From contig JBMSQQ010000025.1 of NCBI GenBank assembly GCA_049423385.1, positions 1-39,554 on the forward strand: a stretch of DNA of 39,554 nt, written 5' to 3'. The position numbers and the translations under genes are program-made. The DNA comes from Silvanigrellaceae bacterium. GTDB lineage: Bacteria > Bdellovibrionota_B > Oligoflexia > Silvanigrellales > Silvanigrellaceae. Every line of letters starts with the position of its first letter. Positions within the stretch are counted from its first letter, which is position 1. This document shows positions 26,286 through 33,215 of this stretch, piece by piece. The notes under the pieces were generated by a model. That model was not told where the DNA came from. It worked only from the letters and a program-made list of their open reading frames with translations, and did no database searches.

Positions 26286-28535
26286 GTGGACGCGTCTGAA
26301 CTCAGGCAGATTGTCGAGATGTTCATCCAGGAATCGGATGAAACTCTCGCGCAATTTGAGCAATGCTTTCTGGAGCTGGAAAAATCAGGTCCGGACAGCC
26401 GCGTGATCGACCGGCTTTGCCGCATGTCGCGAAATCTGAGGGGCTCAGCTGCTGCACTCGGATTTACTGAAATTTCGAATTTCACTTCACATCTTGAAAC
26501 TTTTTTGTCGACCCTGAAAGACGAAAAACTTGTCATCTCGTCTGAGATTGTTTCGTTGCTTCTCGCATCGCGCGATTTTCTTGCCAATGGAATTCAAACA
26601 CTGCGCTCGGGAAAAAAATCTACTGAAACCGGCGAAACAATCGTGGATGCGATGGCAAATTTGCGACGCAGCAAGCCAGAGTTTCAACCCATCAACCTGC
26701 CACGCCCTGCAGAAGCCGGCGACATCTGGTTTGTTGGCAACGATCTCAAAGCGGTGTTGTTTGAAATGCCCGAACAACCTCTACCCGATGCAATCGACGA
26801 AGCACACTCAAACCAATCCACTCCAAACGCAAACCCCGTTTCGGAGGGCGCTGGCAACTCCATCACCGGTTTCGCCTCGATTGATCCGAAGCTTGCAGCA
26901 ATTCAAGCAGAAATCCTCCGCCTGACGATGCTGGCAGCCCAGGTGAATCTCAACACGGTTCAGGCTGCGACGGCGTTGGAGACGGCAGCATCCACGACCG
27001 CGCTCATCATTCCACAGCAGCAGGAAAAATCAGACGAAGACTTGAAGTCAAGCGACGATAAAACAACCGCAGTGCCGACAGAACCATTGAATTCATCTGA
27101 AGAGATTGAAGCTTCCATTGCCCATGCTGAAACTGCTGAAGAACACAATACTGCAACAATTTTTGAAGTATCCACCGTTGCATCACCGGAAAAGTTAGAA
27201 ACTTCAGACGAAACGGCACCGGAGAACGAAGCCGGACAAGCACCAATGGAAGATCACACCGTGATCGTCCCGGAAATGGAAACATTGCTTCCTGGAGTCT
27301 TGCTGGGCGGCTTGGGGACATCCGTGGACCAGGTCAAGATTGGACTGGACCGAATCGATCGGTTGGTGAATTACGTGGGCGAGCTGGTCATTCTCCAGAG
27401 TGCAATCGAAGAACACAGAAAAGACATCGAACATGTCCAGCTCCAAAGAAGTTTTTCACAACTTGCAAAAGTCGTGCACGAGGTTCAGGAAATCGCCCTC
27501 GGCTTGCGGATGGTCAAGGTCAAGCCGATTCAGTTGAAACTTCAACGTATTGTTCGCGACCATGCGCAGGAACTCAACAAGCCTGTCGATTTCTCCTTTA
27601 TCGGAGAAGAAGTGGAAATGGACAAAACTGTCCTGGACCTCGTCGCTGAGCCAATCTTCAACCTTGTCAGATATTCACTCAAATTCGGCATCGAAAACAC
27701 AGAAACAAGGAGCCGCTCAGGGAAACCTGTCCAGGGCAAACTGGAGATGAGCATCAAACAGCAGTCCAGGGGCGTTGTTATCGAAATCCGTGATGATGGT
27801 CGAGGCATCGACTTTGAAGCGGTCCGCCGGAGCGCAGTTGAAAGGGGACTCGTCACTCCCTTCGAAAAAATTTCAGAAGAAAAATTGTCCGCATTGATTT
27901 TCCATCCAGGATTTTCGCAGCGAAACAGTCTTGCGAATGGATCCGAGCCCATGTTCGACATGAGCAAAATTGCCTCTTTGACAGAGTCCCTGAACGGAAA
28001 AATTCAACTCGAATCCAAGCTGGGCCATGGAAGCTGCTTCAGGCTTGTTCTGCCGAACACAATTTCAATTGTCGACGGAGTTGTTGTCAAATCGGGTCGG
28101 GAACGATTTGTTGTCGCAAAAACGCAGGTCAGCGAAACAATCCGTCCGCACGAAAAGGAAATAGCCCTCGTTCATGGAAAAAGTGAACTGATCAGTTTGC
28201 ACGGAAAAAACATCCCGCTCTTCCATTTGTCGAAGCTTCTTGGCAAATCTGTTCATCTCAACCCCGAGAGAAGCACATTCGACGGTATTGCACTTGTGGT
28301 CGAGAATGATGAAAAAAAGACATTTGCCGTGATTGTCGACGACGTTGTGAACCAGCAACAAGTTGTTATCAAAAAACTCGGAAACGAACTTCAGCACATC
28401 CAGGGACTTGTGGGTGCAACGATTCTGGGCGACGGCCGACCTGCCATCGTGGTTGACCTCGAGGAACTTGTAAATTCACTTCCCGCGAGACAACAGGAAG
28501 CAAGCAAATCCGGCGCGAAGACAAAGGCTGCGTGA
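26286..28535 (+). CDS. cheA: CheA-like protein with degenerate phosphotransfer and ATP-binding motifs (probable pseudokinase)
   Basis: HPt-like N-terminus, dimerisation domain (RIDRLVNYVGELVI), HATPase-like domain (IRDDGRGID, LIFHPGFS) and CheW-like P5 (QQQVVIKKL, GATILGDGR). His, N-box and G2 box are substituted. GTG 26286 follows AGGGAG (alternatives ATG 26253 and 26262). Confidence 0.9.
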   Translation: MDASELRQIVEMFIQESDETLAQFEQCFLELEKSGPDSRVIDRLCRMSRNLRGSAAALGFTEISNFTSHLETFLSTLKDEKLVISSEIVSLLLASRDFLANGIQTLRSGKKSTETGETIVDAMANLRRSKPEFQPINLPRPAEAGDIWFVGNDLKAVLFEMPEQPLPDAIDEAHSNQSTPNANPVSEGAGNSITGFASIDPKLAAIQAEILRLTMLAAQVNLNTVQAATALETAASTTALIIPQQQEKSDEDLKSSDDKTTAVPTEPLNSSEEIEASIAHAETAEEHNTATIFEVSTVASPEKLETSDETAPENEAGQAPMEDHTVIVPEMETLLPGVLLGGLGTSVDQVKIGLDRIDRLVNYVGELVILQSAIEEHRKDIEHVQLQRSFSQLAKVVHEVQEIALGLRMVKVKPIQLKLQRIVRDHAQELNKPVDFSFIGEEVEMDKTVLDLVAEPIFNLVRYSLKFGIENTETRSRSGKPVQGKLEMSIKQQSRGVVIEIRDDGRGIDFEAVRRSAVERGLVTPFEKISEEKLSALIFHPGFSQRNSLANGSEPMFDMSKIASLTESLNGKIQLESKLGHGSCFRLVLPNTISIVDGVVVKSGRERFVVAKTQVSETIRPHEKEIALVHGKSELISLHGKNIPLFHLSKLLGKSVHLNPERSTFDGIALVVENDEKKTFAVIVDDVVNQQQVVIKKLGNELQHIQGLVGATILGDGRPAIVVDLEELVNSLPARQQEASKSGAKTKAA

Positions 28536-28550
28536 GGCAAAGGAGCTCCC

Positions 28551-29024
28551 GTGAACCTCGTTGACAACTATCTTTCATTCATTGTCGGTGGCGAACGTTT
28601 TGCCATCTCCTTGAAGGAAGTCCGGGAAGTTGTGCCATTGAGGGACCTCGCACCGGTTCCCTTCACACCAGATTATATTCAGGGAATCTTGAACCTGCGG
28701 GGAAGCATTGTCACCGTGATCGACCTCGGCAAACGGTTCGAGCTCAAACAGACCCAGGAAAATGAGGAAGAATCCATCCTGATTGTGGAACACAACCAAA
28801 CCCTGCTTGGACTTAAAATCGACAGCATGGACGGCGTGATTCATTTGTCAGCCGAGGAACTTGCGGCACCTCCCGATTTTGGCGAAACCGCGGTCAGCAG
28901 ATTCATGACCGCGCTGGTTCGCAGGGAACGTCAGTTCATTGTCGTTCTCGGTACAGAAAAACTTTTTTTGTTCGATGAGTTCTCGTCGCCCGCTGCAAGG
29001 AGTGAATCCAAGGCTGCGGTCTAG
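28551..29024 (+). CDS. cheW: Chemotaxis adaptor CheW
   Basis: YLSFIVGGERFAI, VREVV, PVPFTPDYIQGILNLRGSIVTVIDL. GTG start after AGGAG. Confidence 0.95.
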   Translation: MNLVDNYLSFIVGGERFAISLKEVREVVPLRDLAPVPFTPDYIQGILNLRGSIVTVIDLGKRFELKQTQENEEESILIVEHNQTLLGLKIDSMDGVIHLSAEELAAPPDFGETAVSRFMTALVRRERQFIVVLGTEKLFLFDEFSSPAARSESKAAV

Positions 29025-29033
29025 GGGAAGTTC

Positions 29034-30830
29034 ATGAGAAACTGGAGCTTCAACGAAAAGAAAATTGCTGTCGGGGCGATCCTTGTCCTGACACTGATGG
29101 CAGTTTCGGCTGTTGGAATCACCGGTATATTCCGACTGGACAAAGCTATCGACATGCAGGCATCCGCCTTTGAAACCGAGACAACACTCAACAATCTCGG
29201 CTCATCCCTGGAAGGCATCAGATCCATCGAGGCGGAAGCCATTCTTGAACCGACACTGGAAGAAATGTCCATCTACCCGAAAAAAATGGCAGATGCCTAC
29301 AGGAACTGGAACGAGCTGCTGAATGCTCTTGAAACAAGAACATCAGACATCGCGCAAAAAAACAGAATCGGCGATTTCAGAACCTTGATCGCAAAACGCA
29401 AAGAGCTGAGTGACAGGGTCTTGAAGGCCGCCATCGAGGGAGACAACGATCAGGCCTTTGCATTTCACAATTCAAACGAAGTTCCGGTGCGACCCCTCGA
29501 GGAAAGAATTTCACAAGTTGTCGGCGAGGTTGTGCAATTTGAACGCGCAGGTATGAGCCTCATCAAGCGGGAAACTGCTCATCAAAGCAGGGTCTGGAAT
29601 TACTGGATGTGGCTTTCCACAGGTATTGGCCTGTTTTTAAGCCTCTCTTTCCTCAGTGGCACAATGACAAGTCTTGGGAAAAACCTGACAAGGCTTTCTG
29701 CAAACATTATTGAATCGGCACAGCAGACCAGTTTTTCGGCACAACAGACGGCAACGACCGCCTCGCGACTTGCGGCAGGAGCAATCATTGAATCGAACCA
29801 CGCCGATGATTCCGCAACTTCTGCAATGGAGTTTTCTTCCGCAATGTCACTTGCTGCGGAAAATTCGAAAAAGACGAGCGAATTTGCGACACGATGCGCA
29901 CTGGAAACCGAGCAGGGAAAAGATGTTTTCGAAGATGCACTGCAGACCCTGATGGACGTGAACCTCGGCAGCGGCGAACTTGTTGGTCAAATCAAAAACG
30001 ACGCACAGCGTCTTTCGGAAATTTCAGGATTGATCAGCTGCATTGGCGAAAAAAGCAAAGTCATCAATGAAATCTCATTTCAGGCGAAATTGCTCGCATT
30101 CAACGCATCTGTTGAAGCGGCCCGCGCCGGCGAAAACGGAAAGGGATTTGCTGTCATCGCAGATGAAATCGGGAATCTGGCTCTCACCTGCACCTCTCTT
30201 GTCCGCGAAGTGAATTCACTTTGTGAAAGGAGTGTTCTCAAGGCAGAGGCAATTTCCAGGGAAACGCAGGCGAAGTTGAACCTGTTGGCGCAAGTTGTAC
30301 AAGACAAACGGTCAGAAGGAATGCAGATTTCGGCCCAATGCGAACAAATGTTCGTCAAGCTTTGCTCCAACGCAAATCGAATGGCCGAAATGACGCATGA
30401 ATTGAGCAAGGCGTCGATTGAAAAATCAGAAGCCATGACTATCATCACCCAGGCACTCAACGATTTGAGGCAAAATGCCCTGAACAACGCAACAAGCGCC
30501 CAGGAATGTTCGGCAGCAACCGAAGAACTTTCGGCTCAGTGCGAGAATCTTCATGTGGCAGTTCGGAGTCTGCAGAATGCTGTGAATGGCAATCCACCAA
30601 ATCCGACAAGATCGAGGGGCTCAATTCCATCAGCACGGCCTGTGACTCAGGGAGGCGAAAAAGAAGTGCAATCGGTTGAATCGCCTCGGCCAGGACTGAG
30701 AGCCATCGTCGGAAGAACCGAGGGCAGGACAAACCGGTTTCGCATCGCTCAGCGCACCTCCGGAGAGGAGCATCTGCGCAAGGCTGTGGGTGCAGAAGAC
30801 ATTCCATTTGAAAGTTCGGATGACACCTGA
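29034..30830 (+). CDS. Methyl-accepting chemotaxis protein (2 TM, helical periplasmic sensor)
   Basis: Two TM helices flanking a ~155-aa helical domain. Signalling tip FQAKLLAFNASVEAARAGENGKGFAVIADEIGNLA. Confidence 0.93.
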   Translation: MRNWSFNEKKIAVGAILVLTLMAVSAVGITGIFRLDKAIDMQASAFETETTLNNLGSSLEGIRSIEAEAILEPTLEEMSIYPKKMADAYRNWNELLNALETRTSDIAQKNRIGDFRTLIAKRKELSDRVLKAAIEGDNDQAFAFHNSNEVPVRPLEERISQVVGEVVQFERAGMSLIKRETAHQSRVWNYWMWLSTGIGLFLSLSFLSGTMTSLGKNLTRLSANIIESAQQTSFSAQQTATTASRLAAGAIIESNHADDSATSAMEFSSAMSLAAENSKKTSEFATRCALETEQGKDVFEDALQTLMDVNLGSGELVGQIKNDAQRLSEISGLISCIGEKSKVINEISFQAKLLAFNASVEAARAGENGKGFAVIADEIGNLALTCTSLVREVNSLCERSVLKAEAISRETQAKLNLLAQVVQDKRSEGMQISAQCEQMFVKLCSNANRMAEMTHELSKASIEKSEAMTIITQALNDLRQNALNNATSAQECSAATEELSAQCENLHVAVRSLQNAVNGNPPNPTRSRGSIPSARPVTQGGEKEVQSVESPRPGLRAIVGRTEGRTNRFRIAQRTSGEEHLRKAVGAEDIPFESSDDT

Positions 30831-30854
30831 TTGTTCGTTCGGATTGTTCGGAAC

Positions 30855-31481
30855 TCAAGCCGACCTGGAGCGTTTTGATCTGCGCCTTTCCGTGGGAATC
30901 TCTTCCTCGGAACTTCCAATCTCGGGCGTGTCGGGAGAAATTTCTTCGCCGCCTGTTTCATCAAACTCTTCGCCTTCTTCGTCGCCTTCTTCCATCAGGA
31001 CATCGAAGGCGCGTTTCCATTCCGTTGTGATTTCAAGAAACTCCGGGCGCTGCTGAACTTCGCGGAAGGCCCTGAGCCACTGGGTGACGACAACCTCAGC
31101 CCTCGTGCCTTGCAATCCACCCCCAATGGAGTGGACGCGGGTGGGCAGAGTCACATCCAGAAAAGCGGAAAGACCAAGTTCAGGCTCCAGTCCAAGCAGC
31201 TCGGCAAAGGTGCCGGAAATCGACCACATCAATTGGCCCGCATTGGTTGGAGCTTCGAGAGCGGAAATCATGCTCTCAACGGAACGGCATTGCGCCGACT
31301 CGAGGACACGCTCAATCTCTGAGCCTTCGGCCTCAAGGAGCACAGGCATCACCAAAAGTAGAAAACCTTTCCAAAGCTCACGCTGTTTTGCGTGAGTCTT
31401 GTCGGAGAAAGCATAGAGAGTGAGCAGATCAACCCGCACGCGCACTCCTCGAAAGGTTAGAATTGCATAACTTTTGGACAC
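30855..31481 (-). CDS. Hypothetical protein with acidic-then-basic C-terminal tail
   Basis: 208-aa ORF filling the gap between mcp and tmk. Tail EEGDEEGEEFDETGGEE...ERRRSKRSRSA. GTG start uncertain. Confidence 0.65.
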   Translation of the reverse strand: MSKSYAILTFRGVRVRVDLLTLYAFSDKTHAKQRELWKGFLLLVMPVLLEAEGSEIERVLESAQCRSVESMISALEAPTNAGQLMWSISGTFAELLGLEPELGLSAFLDVTLPTRVHSIGGGLQGTRAEVVVTQWLRAFREVQQRPEFLEITTEWKRAFDVLMEEGDEEGEEFDETGGEEISPDTPEIGSSEEEIPTERRRSKRSRSA

Positions 31482-31594
31482 CCATTGTTCGTCTGGGCAC
31501 TCTGTGCAAAATGGTAACCCATCGACACAACCACGGCCATGGCCGGAGAGTTGACGTTTTTTTAAACATTTTTGTCCGACCTGCGGGGTTTGAG

Positions 31595-32251
31595 ATGCCT
31601 TTTATTGTTTTTGAAGGTGGAGAAGGCTCGGGAAAGAGCACTCAGGCAACCAAGCTGGCACATTTTTTTCGCGACAAGGGCTTGACGGTTCTTGAAACCC
31701 GCGAGCCGGGTGGAACCCCGTTGGCAGAAGACATCCGCAATGTCTTCAAAAGTGTTCCAAAAAGCGGTGATGTTCCAACTCCGCGCACCGAACTCCTGCT
31801 CGTCATGGCCGCCCGCGCGCAACACATCGAAAAGACGATTCAACCCGCTCTTGCTGCCGGAAAGTGGATCATCTGCGACCGGTTCCTCGACTCGAGTTAT
31901 ATCTACCAGGGATTTCGTGGCGGCCTTGCCAAGTCGGAGATTGACACCATTGCAGCACCCATTGTTGGCCAACTTCAGCCCGACCTGACTTTCGTTTTGA
32001 GGGTCGACATGGCAACCGCACATGAACGCCTCAAGGGAAGACCCGGCAGCGAAAACGACAGGCTCGACAACGAGCTCCTCAAGGATGCTTCACTGCATGC
32101 GGCATTTGAAGCGCTCACCACATCAAACACTCCTTATCCAGACGGGCGTGTACCCAAGCGCATCCTGATCGACGGCAGCGGTTCAGCCGAACAGGTTCAC
32201 GCGCGCATTCTGGAAGCGACACTTGCCCATTTTGGAAATCTCAAGAAATGA
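31595..32251 (+). CDS. tmk: Thymidylate kinase
   Basis: FIVFEGGEGSGKSTQ, TREPGGT, AARAQH, CDRFLDSSYIYQG, PDLT. Confidence 0.96.
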   Translation: MPFIVFEGGEGSGKSTQATKLAHFFRDKGLTVLETREPGGTPLAEDIRNVFKSVPKSGDVPTPRTELLLVMAARAQHIEKTIQPALAAGKWIICDRFLDSSYIYQGFRGGLAKSEIDTIAAPIVGQLQPDLTFVLRVDMATAHERLKGRPGSENDRLDNELLKDASLHAAFEALTTSNTPYPDGRVPKRILIDGSGSAEQVHARILEATLAHFGNLKK

Positions 32252-33120
32252 TTGGACTCGAAAAGATCCGCTCGGTGATCGACAGCTCGTTGGGCACAGC
32301 CCAACACCACGCCTACTTGTTCATCGGCAGCTCTTTTGCAGCTGATTCGACTCCAACCGAACTTGTTGGCTTTCTGTTGGACAAATTGGCCGGACTTCGG
32401 CTCCTCGACGGCCAAAGAACTCCCAACGAGACAGAGTTTTGGGAATCCTTCCAGCGCCATCCCGACCTTTTGCGGGCCGATTCTGAACGGGCGATTTTGC
32501 GCAAGGATGACGTCGAATTGTTTCGCGAACGATCGTTGTACCCACCGACCTTTGCCCGCAGACGTTTTTTTCTCATTGAACGGGCAGAGCGGATGAACAA
32601 CCAGAGTGCAAATGCCCTTTTGAAAACTCTCGAAGAGCCTCTGTCCCAATGCGTCTTCGTGTTGACAACCTCAAGGCCAGGACAATTGCCATCGACGATC
32701 TCCAGCCGCTGCCAGAAAATTCCGCTTCCTGTTTGGGACTCAGCAAATCGTCGAGCCATGGATGACATGGAACCCGAGGACGCTGAATTTCTGAAAAAGA
32801 TCTTTTCGGCAACTCATCTGACGACACCTCCCGTGATCACTTCACAAGACAACTTGTCGTCTGTTCAAAAAACATCTCTTTCTCCAAAAAAACTGGGAGA
32901 ATTGACCCAATGGAGTGATTCCACCGGGCGCAAATACGCGGGTCAACTGTTGCGCGACGCTGTTGTTGAAAACACATCAGATTCGCTCAAATCGGGCACG
33001 TTGTCGCAAACGCGTGCAACGATGATTTTGGCCGAAATCAACCGGTGGGCCGATGCTGAACCCTTCAATCCGACGAACAGCTTTTGGCTCGTGCGCATCC
33101 TGTTGACTCTGGCCATTTGA
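32248..33120 (+). CDS. holB: DNA polymerase III delta' subunit
   Basis: HAYLFIG, HPDL, AERMNNQSANALLKTLEEP, LPSTISSRCQ. ATGA overlap with tmk; the tmk-holB order is widely conserved. Confidence 0.88.
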   Translation: MIGLEKIRSVIDSSLGTAQHHAYLFIGSSFAADSTPTELVGFLLDKLAGLRLLDGQRTPNETEFWESFQRHPDLLRADSERAILRKDDVELFRERSLYPPTFARRRFFLIERAERMNNQSANALLKTLEEPLSQCVFVLTTSRPGQLPSTISSRCQKIPLPVWDSANRRAMDDMEPEDAEFLKKIFSATHLTTPPVITSQDNLSSVQKTSLSPKKLGELTQWSDSTGRKYAGQLLRDAVVENTSDSLKSGTLSQTRATMILAEINRWADAEPFNPTNSFWLVRILLTLAI

Positions 33121-33215
33121 TCTTCGCCCAAATCACTGCAACCATCCATGCCTAAGAAAAACAAATGACGAGTCGTGTCCAAGAGGACGCATCCAGGCAA
33201 GGGAGTCGCCGCACC

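Noticed and set aside
26286..28535. Calling cheA a pseudogene
   Set aside because: No frameshift or internal stop, RBS present, and structural domains conserved. Kept as a CDS, although recent decay cannot be fully excluded.
30812..30855. Repeated GTTCGG/GTTC motifs between mcp and the convergent gene (possible LexA box or terminator)
   Set aside because: Spacing does not fit GTTC-N7-GTTC or CGAAC-N4-GTTCG, the site is at gene 3' ends, and there is no stable stem with a U-tract.
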